Below, one piece after another: positions 1-13,320 of a DNA stretch of 64,000 bases. The position numbers and the translations under genes were made by a program. The stretch covers positions 14,446,001 through 14,510,000 of the forward strand of contig OZ024750.1 in NCBI GenBank assembly GCA_964016885.1. Reading direction: 5' to 3'. This stretch comes from Eledone cirrhosa. Lineage: Eukaryota. The notes under the pieces are model-generated. The model saw nothing but the letters and a program-made list of their open reading frames with translations. It searched no databases and was not told the origin of the DNA. Positions within the stretch are counted from its first letter, which is position 1; every line of letters starts with the position of its first letter.

Positions 1-430
1 CCAATTACCAGAGTTAACTTGATCCTGCATCATCTCCTTTATGAGGTTCAGTTTGTTGAGGTAATTCTTCGCAACTTTGTGCCTTGTCTTCCTTGGAACC
101 CTTCTGCCACGAGATTTATCCACTTTGAGCACTCAGCACTGTTTTATACAGCTCTTGCTTTCCTTAAGCATCACATGACCATACAATCATGATCGTCTCT
201 CTTGCACACTATACTACATTCCTCCTTTACTCAGCTTCTTACTTAGTTCACTAGCATTTTATCATTCATATACACCAACATTACACATCCGATAGAGCAT
301 GAATGCCTCATTCCTTTTAAACCACCAAAAATCTTCAGCACTCAAAGTCCACGTTTCGTTGCCATGTAGCAATGCAGTTCGCATACAAGCATCATATAAT
401 TTGCCCTTCATTCAGAGAATGAAGTCCTTT
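1..430 (-). mobile_element. Degenerate RTE-clade LINE fragment (C-terminal part of RT ORF)
   Basis: Minus-strand translation gives KGKLYDACMRTALLHGNETW, the RTE post-RT motif. Related fragments at about 17450-17700, 31117-31630, 40971-41650 and 57300-57600. Confidence 0.7.
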
Positions 431-934
431 GTTGCAAAAATATAAAATATCAAATGAGAAAACAAGTTTCCCAACAATATTTCTCTCCCTTGCAAAAGAA
501 ACTACACCAAAAAACAATAAAAATGAAGCTTGTTTTTTAAATTTATATTCACTTATCTCTGTATGCCTTGATTTTTGTTTCTCAACTGTAAGAAATATTA
601 GATACTTCCCCTAGTCTATCATGCCTTACTATTGAATGAATAAGTATGATGCTAGGAAAATTCTGACCAAAAACCTGTGGAATATTTAATTCAAGGCGAG
701 ACAGAGACTGCAACACGATGTAGCTTCGAATACAACACGTCAAGTTGAAGAAGGTGAATAAGTAGGTTTACATAACACACAGTAAATATAATTAACAATG
801 GAACTCTGAGAACCAATGTTAACAGAGCAAGATATTGGGGTGTTTTTAAAAACTCTAAAAAAATATTTTTAAATTCAAATTTCCATTTCCTTTATTCTTC
901 TTTCTCTCTACCTAACATGAAATTTATCATGAAT

Positions 935-1113
935 CATAGTATCGTTAGAGGGTCGGACGCCATGATTTGCAGCATGGAGTTACGGGCCTTTACGATCTGA
1001 GTTCAAATCCCGTCGAGGTTAACTTTGCCTTTCATCCTTACGGGGTCGATAAAATAAAGTACCAGTAATACACTGGGATAATTGCTGGCCTTGTGTCAAA
1101 AGTAGGAACAATT
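935..1113 (+). mobile_element. tRNA-derived SINE with Nin-type core
   Basis: B-box GAGTTCAAATCCC, then core GCCTTTCATCCTTACGGGGTCGATAAAATAAAGTACCAG and tail GCTGGCCTTGTGTCAAAAGTAG. About 20 copies or fragments in the window. Confidence 0.8.
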
Positions 1114-1946
1114 ATTGAATATGTGTATGAAACTTTTAGCAATCCCTCATACTCTTCACCAGATTTGATAATTGTAATGCGTTTGTAAACCAGTAAGAGT
1201 TCTCTCCCTTGAAAAAGAAACGCAAACAAATATATATTAACAGAAAATGCACACCGCTGCATAACACGTACAGAGAAATGCATCGTTACCTCACCGGCCA
1301 CCAGTTTCGCACATTAAGGTGGTACTGCATTTGTAATGCCAGTTTGCACGACAAAACGGAGCCCATAAATCAAATATAATTTTAGCGTTATATTAAACGA
1401 CACTAGATGGTCACGGCTAGTACATCTTTGTATTATTTCCACTTACAAGGGATTATTGAAAAACAAAACATAAATGTTTAAAGTAGCTGCTTTTGTAGTA
1501 GCGTGTGTATATACAAAGTTCGTAGCGGTGTATTTCGCCATTTCCATTTTGGTTTTTCATTCTACTTTCGAATCACTTTGATATGTATAGTTGGAGCTAG
1601 ATTTTTTATTCGCCTTCCACTCGTTAAAATACATATTATTACCAATTGTGAAGTATTCATATCCATGAATGAGAAAATACAATTTGTAATCTAAGCAGCT
1701 TAGTTTCACCACGGCAATGCCTCAAAAAGTATGAGAGGACGGTTCCGATGTCCCTTGTGGTGTGTGACTGTTTTTCAGACTAAGTGGTGAATTGATGATG
1801 CATTTTTTTCGCTTTGAATTCTATTTTTATGTGCAACATCATGATTATAATATATTTTCTTTCGTTTTGAATTTATATTTTAATGTGAAATATAATGCTT
1901 ACAGAATGCAAATATAATTAATTATTGCTAGGGACCTTATAAATAT

Positions 1947-2134
1947 AATTGTTTCTACTTTAGGCACAAGGCCAGCAATTACCCAGTGCATTACTGGTAC
2001 TTTATTTTATCGACCCCGTAAGGATGAAAGGCAAAGTCAACCTCGGCGGGATTTGAACTCAGATCGTAAAGGGACGTAACTATGCTGGAAAGCATGGCGT
2101 CCGACCCTCTACCGATACTGCCAATCCACCGCCC
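1947..2134 (-). mobile_element. Full-length Nin-core SINE with long target-site duplication
   Basis: A-box TGGCAGTATCGG, B-box GAGTTCAAATCCC and Nin core on minus strand. Flanked by direct repeat CTAGGGACCTTATAAATATAAT (about 1928-1949 and 2134-2155). Confidence 0.85.
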
Positions 2135-2199
2135 TAGGGACCTTATAAATATAATGAACAAAGATATATGATAAAAGCGAGAGGAAAAAAAAAAGCCCC

Positions 2200-2435
2200 G
2201 TCAATTCGCCACCAGGTGCGTCAATAGATCGCACACCACAAGGGTCAAAGGGGAAATTTTGAGGCAAGCCAACACGCTGGCAGTTTTACCGCAAGTGACG
2301 GCGAGGCTATGGCAATGAAACAACCAGGCACCCTCATGGACATCACCTGACACCTCGGTAAGGCGAGCCACTAGCGATGGCAAGAACTTCGTTGTCAGCG
2401 GCCCAACTCCATCAAACGTCTCGAACGCCACAGGC
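2200..2435 (-). mobile_element. 3' remnant of CRE-clade (restriction-like endonuclease) non-LTR retrotransposon
   Basis: ORF 2201..2431 AFETFDGVGP...LVARLTEVSGD..EGAWLF..SLAV..G..ASVLACL resembles the C-terminal ETxGxxG...QRxSxAxQRGNAASVL motif of CRE elements. Homologous copies at 24060-24470, 48715-49045 and 59785-60465. Confidence 0.6.
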
Positions 2436-3170
2436 TGGAAAAATAGTTATTTGATAGTTCCCGGTATTTTATAAATGTGTTAAGCTCATACAAGTACCAA
2501 GCAGGCACTGGGCTCGATTTAATCGTCTTTCCCTTCCGCTCAAATTGCTGGCCTTGTGCCTATTTAAGAAACCACAATTATATTAATCCATGAACTTACC
2601 TGCCAATAAGAGCAACCTTCTCATCTTTAAACTGAGTCGTTACTGAAGACATTACGAAGAAACTTCAAAACAGCAATCGTTCTATATAACTAGATATTAA
2701 GAAAAATCTATTTAGTAAGTTTGGCAGGCGGTGAAAGGTGAAAATATCTCTTTTCAAACAACCAATCCTCCTGAAGGGTTTAGATTAAACAAATTTTGTT
2801 TGAACAACTTTCTCTGAAACTGAATAAAGAATTGTCTTATATTCTGCTGCTCAGTGGAATGTGAGATGTACTTTGTATATGAGATAAGTTTTTTGTTTTC
2901 GGCAGTTATTTTTTTATCTACCAATATCTAATTTCTGATTTTCGTCGTTCTAACATGCCCTACTTTATTTATCACATTTTTCTCTTATCTCCTCCTCCGA
3001 AGTATTTAAAAACACTTATTAGCCACTCCCAGCCCCAGTGTGTATGTATTGTCTCTAGTTTGAAACTAAGAAATTAAAATGAATAACGAAGTGTAGGTGC
3101 GGGAGATAAAAAAAAAAACACGAGATATGTGTAGCATGTACGTGAAAAAAGATAAATGTTAGAAACTAAT

Positions 3171-3340
3171 AATTGTTTCTACTTTTGGCACAAGGTCAGC
3201 AATTATCTTAGTGCATTACTGGTACCATATTTTATCGACCCCATAAGGATGAAAGGTAAAGTTAACCTCGGCGAAATTTGAACTCGGGCCGTAACTCTAT
3301 GCTGCAAAACATGGTGTCCGACAATATACCGATACCGCCA
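3171..3340 (-). mobile_element. Nin-core SINE copy
   Basis: Same sequence family as 1947-2134. Confidence 0.8.
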
Positions 3341-5843
3341 TATATATGTAGTGATCGATGGAAAGTGTTTTGGTTGTTGTAGCGAGAGATGTTTTGATTT
3401 GGCTTTGATATTGTTCACCTTGGCGTGGTATTGTATTTGTGGTTGTAATGTTGTTGTCTTGATGGGTGAACATGTAGTGTTGATCTATCCCATATAAAGC
3501 GCTGCGTGAAATGCCGTTGAATGAACAAATAAACCAAGATCGCTACTTAAATATATTATTTATTTAAATAATCTCTACGAGGTTATTGTTGACAATATAA
3601 GAATCAAGGCTTATGCTGTGGAGTATGATGCATGTGTGCTATAATTCAAAAGATGTTATTTACAGTGGTGTGTGGACTGATCTTTGTTCAAGTGCCAATG
3701 GAAGAATTTCAGTTGGGCCCTTGTTGAGAGGGCTGGGGTGTTTGCCTAAGCGCTACATCTCTACTTGTTGGAGCAACTCTGTATGATGTGTATTTTCCGA
3801 GAAATAGGAGCAGTATAGTCTGAAGAAAGTGTTATCTTAAATAAACCCTAGTTGGGTTGTTTTCTCTAGAAACAAAGTGAAAATGAACATTGTGTTGTCC
3901 AGAGGTCAGCATACACGGAGACACTGACCTACTGTGTTGACATCAACACAAGAGTTCAACCTGAAATCATCCAACCTACCAACTTAGAGAATTATTTTTT
4001 CTTCAATTGAGCATCAGCAATCACATGGAATTCATTGCGAACACTTTCAACAGCTGTTATTACAAACAGCTACATTTTTGTGACAACATTTAATGAATAA
4101 ATTTGTTTGAATTTTATTTATTCAAATTGATTTCCTTTACAATAATTCTGTTCTTTTAACCTCTGGGCTATAATTTGTGTTCAAATTTAATTATCTGTAG
4201 TTCCCGAACAACAATACCATGTAGGTTGTTTTAATTTGGTGGTAGTTTTGAAGTGAAAGAAATGTTTCCCCACTGTTTTCTTTTCCCTTACAGATACGGC
4301 CAAGTGAGTGATCTGCAGCCTCGTAGGGACGACAATAGATACATTTCCCTGATGGAAGGATTTACAGCACCAGCTGTATGAAGAACATTTTCTAGCACCA
4401 TCTGTTATCTATTAGTAAAATAACTAGCAGTCATTATAAATAGGCTGTGTGGCCCTAACACCACTCAGTTCATTGCCTTTTCACCTGTACAATTCAGCTT
4501 CTCCATATAACAGTTGACTGCTACATCTGCACAATGCTGACTACAACTTGTCACTTTTCTTTTAAGGAAAAAAACCCATGGTAAATAAAAGATTTGTGCA
4601 CAACACTGAAGCTTTACTGAACACTATATTCATTTGTCAACACTATAATCAAACATTATATTTATGATTCGAAGTAATCCTATTTTTTCTTTTCGCTGAA
4701 ATGAAGCAAAGATATGTATTAAAACCATTAAGTAGACATATATGGTATGGTCCTGTAAATCTTGATGGAGTTATAGGAGTGCTGTCATGGCATATGATGT
4801 TTCTTGCATATTTCAAGCTTGGCAGAGCCCATCTCACCAGGTCTGAACACACCATATTTCTTCCAGAGAAGAATAGAAAGTGAGAAAGCATTATAGAGGG
4901 ATATTTGACCCCAGTAATAGACTGGTACTTTTTTTTATTGACCTCAAAAGGATGAAAGGCAAAGTTGACTTAGGCAGGATCTGAACTTAGTAAACAGAGA
5001 GCTGCAATGAATATCTCAAAGAATTCTATCTGACAACTTTTCCAATTCGCTGCCTATATATTAACATGTAAACATGCCAAATATATGTATTTCCTTGTAA
5101 ATTGAAAAAAATAATGAATATTTTAATCAATTTTCCTGTATATATAGATATAACTTTAAAATACTGTATAGACTTGTATATAAGTCACACTTTCTTTTAT
5201 CATCATTGCTTAATTTCAGCTTTCCCTGGTGGCAAAAGTGTGAGGGGTCAACAACAGACTGGATTAATACACAAGTGGAGATACTAATCTCATAGATAAG
5301 CTGGGAGCCTGCATCTCGCTTACATACATTCCTGCACCTTACCAAGTCTTCAGACGGGCTGGAGGCTGACAACTCACATACAATCCTGCTCTCTATCTAG
5401 TGCATTTTGTCATGACACTAACACTGCAAATTTAAAACCCAGAGCAAGGATTTGCAAATAAATCACATTTAGTTTTTCATACCCAGTTTTAAAAAAAAAA
5501 AAAATCATCTATGTCAATGAACTTGATTTGTTTAGAAATAAAATAAGAAATTAATTTTCAAATAGTTTAGTTGATTTTATTAATATTAGTGCATAAAATT
5601 ACCTTTCTTATAAATTGTTTCCAAATGATAAAACAATTCCAGTTTAAGAAAATAAGTCCTAGCAAACTTCAAATTTAAACAGTATTTAATTTGATTAAAT
5701 TATTTTAAAAAAAACTAGAAATAAATTTTAACTAAATCAAGAATTACTTAGAAATATAAAATTCAAATATTTATTTAAATTATATTATGTCAAAACTATA
5801 ATTTACAAGAGTGATTTTACAACATAGTGATGAATATATTATT

Positions 5844-8601
5844 TTATTCAGTTGTTTCAACAGGAAAAGTCATTTTAACGATGTCACCAATTCCTGCTTC
5901 AATGATATCACCATTCTTAACTGAATTAACTCCAGATGGTGTTCCAGTGAGAATAATATCTCCAGGTTCCAAAGTGAAAAATTTGCTTACATATGAAATA
6001 AGATAAGGAACATTAAAAATCATATCCTTTGTGTTACCAGCTTGACGCAGCTGTCCATTTACCTTCAGCCATAAATCTACACAGGAGGAGTCTTTAATTT
6101 CTTCAGTAGTAATAAAACGACTTAAAGGACAAGAAGTATCAAATCCTTTGGCAATAGTCCATGGTTGTCGCTTGGACTTAGCTTCTTCTTGGAAATCTCG
6201 TGCAGTCATATCCAGTGCCAAAAAATAGCCATCAACATAAGAAAAACTTTTCTCTTCTGGAATATGTTTACCTTTTGAACCAATTACAACAGCCAATTCT
6301 ACTTCATGGTGCAAAGATTTGCAGTCATCAGGGATCTATAAAAAACACACACACAAAAATAATAATAATAATAATATGGTTATAGATACTAAAAAGAGAA
6401 TATTTTCATAAACTTGAAGAATCTTAAGTACAAAATATAAAAATCTCCAGCTGTGATTATCCACCCTCTTTCTGAATGATGCTACAGCCATGAACAACCA
6501 TTTTCTTTTTAAAAGTGCTCCAGTCATATTTATTCTTTTCTTTTTAATGATTTAAGGGTTTCTAAATGCCAGTGCTTAGCTTTACTTTTTACTAAATGGC
6601 TACCTGGCATTACCCAGGGAATAATGTCTTGAATTAGTGGCCATTTTGTTAAATGTGAATGATGGTTATGGCTGGAAAAAGCTGGAACACTTTTTAAAAA
6701 AGGCAGGAGAGTTACAGTTAAAACAGAGGGTGGACATCATGGCTGGAAAGCAAGATATGTAAAGACAAAAAATGAAAACAACAAAGCAAAATGAGTCTTA
6801 ACATTTAGAATGTTAGTCGTTCATCAGAAGATAGAATGAGAAATAAATGTGAGAAGAGGAAGAAACGGAAAAATGTTTTTGCTGATATACGTATACTGTA
6901 GACAAGTAGAAATATAGATGAACTGTTATAATCAAACTCATATTACCTGAATAGCTTGTCCTTCTAAAATAATAGAGGAAGGTGGTTTCAAAAACACCAC
7001 TGGCTTTGAAGGCACGTCATTTCCAAGTTCTTTAGCATGATCTCTGAAAGGGGAATCATAGAATCACATTAAAATACATCATCATCATCGCCGCCATTGT
7101 TTAATGTCTATTTTTCATGCTTGCACAGGTTAGACAGGATGTCACATTCTGTGGTTGGAACAGTAAGGTAACCATGTCTTGCTCATACATTGTTTTATCT
7201 TGGTTTCTACAGTTGGATACCTTTCCTAATGCCAGCCTCTTAACAGCATGAGCTCAAAGCATTTTATCATGACTCCATCACTACCACCTTACAAGGTAGA
7301 CATTGCTTTTATCAGTACCATGAAAATAACATGTTTACTATGTCCAGTAATTATTTTTTTTACATGTTTATTTATATATTTTGTCTTTTAAACATCAACT
7401 AATATTGAAAATACAATATTTGTAAAGGAAGTTGAAAATTATTATTTCCATAGTAAAAAAAAAAAAAAATTCTAGTCTTTTTTCTCTCAAAAGTGTAAGC
7501 TAGACACTGAACTGAAGATCAGCTACTTAGGCACACGGGGTTATATTTGAGTCCTTTATATGTTGTATAAACGAGGAGTCTATATAACCAACTGATTCAG
7601 CCTTAGTGCAATATTATTGATATTTATCTTAACAACATCAGAAGGATAAGAAAATCATTTTAAACTCAGTAGAGCAGTAAACATTTTTCTTTTTATACTG
7701 TGGTATATCACTTTCATTCACAATTGTATAAATAACATTACAGAATGTTTGCGACTGAGAGTACAAGATTTCCCTCTGGACATGACGTCAGTCCATCGCA
7801 GGGTTAAACTCAAAACTACTGCTGGTACTCATTTTCAGCTGAGTATATTGGAGCCACGTGAAATGAAGTGTTTCGCTCAAGAATACAACACACAACCCCG
7901 TCCAGGAATCGCAACGTGCCTCCATTCATGGTATAAACTCCCTAAAATATTCAGAAAGTTCGCTGACATATCGTGATTTATCGCTAAATTACATTTTTCA
8001 GTCCATGACATTGGAGACGTTCGGGGTCAGTTGGGTAGCTGACAACGATGTTTTATACCTTACTTTAATGAGGTATAAAACAATATTTCTGAGAGTATTT
8101 GATTATTCAAGAGACGCAATCATCCACGTAAATGCTGTTTTGGATTGCCTTAAAACACTTCTAGAGGGAAACAGCAGCATTCCCCGTCGCAGTGTGTAAT
8201 TCAGTTTGCACGTTTTCTCCAGTTTTTTTCTTCCTTTTCATTCCTTTCTGACCCTGTCTTTATATTGATATATTATTTTGGCAAACCATAAACATCTTAT
8301 AATTTAATTAGAATAAAAATAGTTTATGTATTCATAACTTCCTTAATACATATTTGTTTGGAAAGCGTGATGAACAAATTTCCAAGTTTACGTTTACAAA
8401 ACAAATCGAAAATAACACATTCGAAATATCTATCTTTAGAATCTTTCATTTAAAAATATATTCATTTTAAGACAGTTATGAGGGGAAAATCTTTGGATGG
8501 TAGGGGTGACATTAAACTTTAGTTTAGGCCCCAAATTTTACTTACCTGTAGTTCCGACCGATTGCAAGAACTTTCCTACAAATTTGAAGATAGCGTGACA
8601 T
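5844..8601 (-). CDS. FAHD1: Fumarylacetoacetate hydrolase domain-containing protein 1 (acylpyruvase/oxaloacetate decarboxylase), 214 aa; complement(join(5844..6335,6947..7043,8546..8601))
   Basis: Spliced translation MSRYLQICRKVLAIGRNYRDHAKELGN..PVVFLKPPSS..LHHEVELAVVIG..GYFLALDMTARDFQ..PWTIAKGFDTSCP..TLEPGDIILTGTPSGV has all FAH-family motifs. GT-AG junctions are phase-compatible (645 nt total) and there is an in-frame stop upstream of the ATG. Confidence 0.95.
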
Positions 8602-9982
8602 GCTAGTAAAATTAGAGTTAACTCCCTTCTAACGTACTTCACAAACAATAGCCTTGTGAATAAGTTTTATTTTCAAGGTAGTTTTATATCTATTTATTAA
8701 TGCTAATTGAGAATTTAAGAAAGTGAGATTGTTTTCACAACGGAATTATTTCTTAGAGAGATTAGGCATATTTCAGATACTGCCGTAGTCAGAAGTCCGG
8801 TTTCAAGATAAGAAACAATTGATTTTCTGGTACATTGTCCGGTATTATTTTGTTTCGCTGTAGCGTAAGAATTTTTTTTTCCTTTTGACATTGTGCTACG
8901 GCGAAAATATTTTGACTATGGGGCTGAAGAAAGAAAGGCACCAACCAACAGTATTAATATTTTAAACTTTTGTATAGTTTTGTTTGTCTCGTAACCTAGC
9001 GGTTTGACAAATAGAGAATTATAAAATAAGTACCAGACTAAAAAAATAACTTAATAAGTTCTGCTATCAATATGATTAACTAAATCCTTTCAAGGAAGTG
9101 TTTATTGTTTGGAAATTCTGAAGACTGCAGATCAGACTAGTACTTGATATATATTAAGTTGTAGAGTATGTAAAATATAATGCCAATAGAGTGAAGCGTT
9201 TCTATAACCCAGCTTACACTAGTAGTAAGACTTGACCTACATAATCACAACTATATGTGGTGTTTCGGACATTTTTTCAACTAATGATATATCAAAGTAT
9301 ATGTTAGTTATATATTGTGCAATATTGAAACGATCGTGTGGAACAGCACTAATAAAGCGATACAATATTCAGTCTCAGTTGCTAGTTTCATGTTTCTAAT
9401 CTTTCATACATCACTCATTCAGCTACAGTTGACCAATCACGTTTTATATTCTCAGTAAAAGAAAAAGGAATAGCGGAATGGTAGTTTTTGTTCTGGTTCT
9501 TTAACTTTCACCCTTTCTTGAATCGATAAAATAAACCACTGGAGTTGATTTACTGGCCCACAAACTGCTGGTCTTGTGCCTAAAATAGAAACTATTGTTA
9601 AATAATTAGGTTTTAATCTGGCAACCGTGAGTCTATAATTGTTTAATATATGAATATGTAACACATTATAATTGACGATTTGTCGGCTGCTTATCGAGGA
9701 ATAATCAGGGCAGAATATAATGCCATTCTGGGGAAAATTACAACCAGTTATTTAAAAAATGATTTAAGATATCTGAAATATATAGCTATTATTCTAAAAG
9801 ATAATTAAATATAACTTAGATATTACATTCTCTAAAATAATATATAGAAGTAATTTAACGCATCAATGTTCTTCGTAAGTGCAGATAATTAAAATTCCAC
9901 ATCCGGCTCGTTAAAGATGTAAACAAGAGGTACCCTTCGTCTATTACATAAGAAAGTGTATCCTGATCTTTACAAAATAACC
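8602..9982. promoter_or_regulatory. Probable bidirectional promoter / 5' UTR region between FAHD1 and NRBF2
   Basis: Divergent start codons 1.38 kb apart; CCAAT box GACCAATCAC near 9432; CCGG-containing motifs near 8797, 8839 and 9903. Confidence 0.45.
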
Positions 9983-12900
9983 ATGTGGTCACCTACTGAT
10001 TCTCCTTGGTCACCTATAGAATCTCCACTAAATCAGGTAAAAACAATAAAAATATTCTTTATAATTTTGTTTAATTACTACAGTTGTTTTTACATGTAAT
10101 CTAGGTTACATGTTTCTCTCTCTCTCTCTATCTATATATATATATATATATATATATAAAGAGCGTGTGGTAAGACAACAGGGGGACCATAACGCACCAG
10201 AATACTCTTTTTCTATATATATTATATATGTGTGTGTGTACAGGGTGTCCCCAAAAATGTACACACACTTCAACAGCATTCTAGTAGATGTGTGTATACA
10301 TCTTTTGGAGACACCCTGTATATATATCCATTTCGTTATTGTTCTTTATCTATCTGAGAAACACGGTTAGGTCTTTATTTAAGTGACAGATGTATTAAAT
10401 CATGTATATATATAAATATAGTATTAAAAACAATTTAATAGAAAAATAAAAAAAAATAGAAGTCGACAAAACCTAATTTGGATTATATTTCATTTCATTA
10501 AGGTCACACAAGTATCTGGAGCCACAATCAGTATATTTTCTCACTAGTAGTCAGTTAGCGCAATATCTCTTCATAATAATAGTATTCTTTATAGTTAAGC
10601 AAATGTGTGAAATTTACCAGTTTAAATCTTAAACTGGTAATACACGTTCTTCTGGCCTATAATTCAAAAAGGCCTATTAAATAAATGAGAATAAGATCGA
10701 TTTGTCAAAATATATTTACTCTATAAACAATTGACAAGGATTACTAATCTATAAATAAAAGATATGTTAGTGGAATTACAACAGATGTCTTTGTATTTAA
10801 CGTGCTTACCTGTATTTGTTTGGCGGCTGCTGAAATGTTTTATTTTGATGCTGTGCTGCCATCTGTTTGTTTATCAATTTTGGATGCTATTAATAATTAT
10901 TGTACCTGTGTCTTTGCATGTTGTTATTTCACATGAAAAGGTATGATTGTATCAGATTGTTTAGAATTATGGTAATTTTTATTATTATCACAATCGTCTT
11001 CGAGACGGGTTATGGAGTTCTCGGGTGTGTGAATAATTTATGACGATTTTGAAAGCCAAATTCGTTGAAAACACATTTAAAAAAGAAGGAAAAATAACTT
11101 TCACTTTCAAAATTTTTACCAAACATATTAGCTAACTATCCTTAAAATAATAATAAAAAGAAATTGGTAAATTTACAAAAAAATAAACAAAGGTCTTGTG
11201 GTATGAGGGTGCCCCTACAACTCCATGAGGAGTTAAGGGTAAAACACAGTTAAACAGGGTTAAAGATAGCTCTTCAACAAATTAATTGCTTCAGTTTCAA
11301 CACAGCCTCAGATCAACCCTCTCACCAAACAAGTACTACTCACAAATAAAAAAAAAACCTCCAATATGATCTGCCTTAGAAAAAATAAACATAAAAGTGC
11401 ATTTAAACAAAATATTTAGTGTTACGACTGGTAGATAGTATTAGCAATTGAAAGACCAATGAAAACATTGTTTCCTTGGTTCGATTTGACGAGTTCCACG
11501 CCCACTCTATGCATTATATTTATTTGTATTAATACATTTTCAACTTTTATATTCTTTCATAGGCTCACCAACTTGGACGTCAAGCTGACCTTTTTGTAAA
11601 ATCTGGTAAATTTGAAGAGGCTCAGAATTGTCATAAACGGGCTGCAGGTAGTTTTAAAATTAATAAATTTCAATATAGTTTGTTGTACCCTATAGGGAGG
11701 TGAAGGTGGTAAATTGGCAGAGTCGTTAGAATGTTGGATTAAGTGCTTTACTGTATTTGTTTCGTCTCTTTGCTCTCTGCGTTCAAATCCCACTGAGGTC
11801 ATCTTTACCCTTCATCCTTTTGAGGTTGATAAAAAAGTACCAGTCTAGTACTGGCGTTGATTCTACCACGATATCTCTTTCTTGTTTCCATTCTCTCATT
11901 CTCTATCCTTCTCTGGAAGAAATCTACTGTATTCAGACTTGGAGAGGGGATGGGCTCCATGAGGTTTTTAAATGCCCTATGCTCCAATGACTCCCCCTCA
12001 ACAGTTACTGGTCCATACCACATGGAGAGGTGAGAGCCACACCTTACATGTATTTCCACACTTTACAGAGTGCACTGTGTAGGTTATCCTGTCTTTGACA
12101 TAACTGAAGAGTTCTCCTGACTTTTTGTTTGGCAAGATTTCTACTGCTGGATCATCAACCACTTTACAGAGTGTACTGGGTGCATTTATTGTATAATACA
12201 TTAATTAAACATATTGTACACAGGTTCTTTTTTTAAAAATTCATTTACTCACACTGAGGTCAACTTTGCCTTTCATCCTTACAGGGGCGATAAAATAAAA
12301 TACCAGTAATGCACTGGGTCGATTTAATCGACTTTTCCTTCCCCCCAAATTACTGGCCTTGTGCCTATAGTAGAAATCATTATTTTAAATAGTTAAAACA
12401 GTAAGTGGATTGGCTTGGCAGTATCATTAGAGCATCAGACAATATGCTTTGTGGCATAGAGTTATGGCCCTTTATATCATGAGTTCAAATCTTGCCGAAG
12501 TTAGCTTTACCTTTCATCCTTATGAGGTCGATAAAATAAAGTTGATTTATTCGACCCACCCCACCTAAAAAAAAAAATTGTTGACCTTGTGCATAAATCA
12601 GAAAATGTTATTTCTTATTTTACAGAGTGTATATTGGATGCCATGTTAGGAGTAAGTTCAGAACAAGCTAAAGATTCACTCCAACTACAGCATCGTCACC
12701 ATAATCGACAACAAGAAATAATCCGCCGAAAAGAAAGACAAGCTCAGCAAGAAGAATTAAAGACATCAGATCCTTCACATTCAGCTACTTCAGGATTACC
12801 TCAGAGTTCACCAAATAGCCCAAAAGCTGATGTTGAGCCCCATATTGATGTTGTCAATCTTTATCGTACTATTGAAGAAAATGATTCTTTAATTCAGTAC

Positions 12901-13320
12901 CTGATAAGTCGAAACCAATCCCAAGCAAATAAAAACATGGATAATTTACCTGCCACTTTAAATTTACCTACTCATACTCCAACACAACCTGTTATGACCA
13001 AAATGCCAAAAGATGATAAGCAGGTTATTGAAGAATTGCAAATTCAAAATGAAGACCTCCGCAAACATATTTTATTACTATTAAAAGAAGTGGAGAATTA
13101 TCAATCTTTACAAAAAAATTTGGAAAGTTACCAAGAAGAAAATGAATTGTTATACCTTAAAATAGAAAACCTGGAAAAAAGACTTGATATAAAATCCAAG
13201 AATACAACTGCCAATGAATATCAGACATATGTTGATGAAATTCTCACTCCACTGGAAACACCACAATTCAATTATAAAGATATGCCATTAAGAAACTTGT
13301 GCAACTCCAAGCCTTTATAA
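9983..13320 (+). CDS. NRBF2: Nuclear receptor-binding factor 2 (autophagy PI3KC3-C1 subunit, Atg38 homolog), 277 aa; join(9983..10036,11563..11647,12626..13320)
   Basis: Spliced N-terminus ESPLNQAHQLGRQADLFVKSGKFEEAQNCHKRAAECILDAM..SEQAKDSLQLQ matches the NRBF2 MIT domain. C-terminus has KMPKDDKQVIEEL plus coiled coil and a terminal LTPLETPQF motif. GT-AG junctions in phase (834 nt). Confidence 0.92.
10241..10318. mobile_element. Tc1/mariner-type MITE (78 bp)
   Basis: Terminal inverted repeats CAGGGTGTCCCCAAAAATGTACACACAC / GTGTGTATACATCTTTTGGAGACACCCTG, flanked by TA on both sides. A lone half-copy is at about 34114-34144. Confidence 0.7.
11700..12600 (+). mobile_element. Cluster of three Nin-core SINE copies in NRBF2 intron 2
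   Basis: Core CCTTTCATCCTT..GGTCGATAAAA-like sequence at about 11810, 12270 and 12510. Confidence 0.7.

Noticed and set aside
6790-6830. Other CTGATGA hits as hammerheads (6820, 14190, 14355, 52733)
   Set aside because: GAAA core or stems are missing; at most heavily decayed remnants
12589-12625. ORF-track start of the 243-aa ORF
   Set aside because: Intronic; the coding exon begins at the acceptor before 12626
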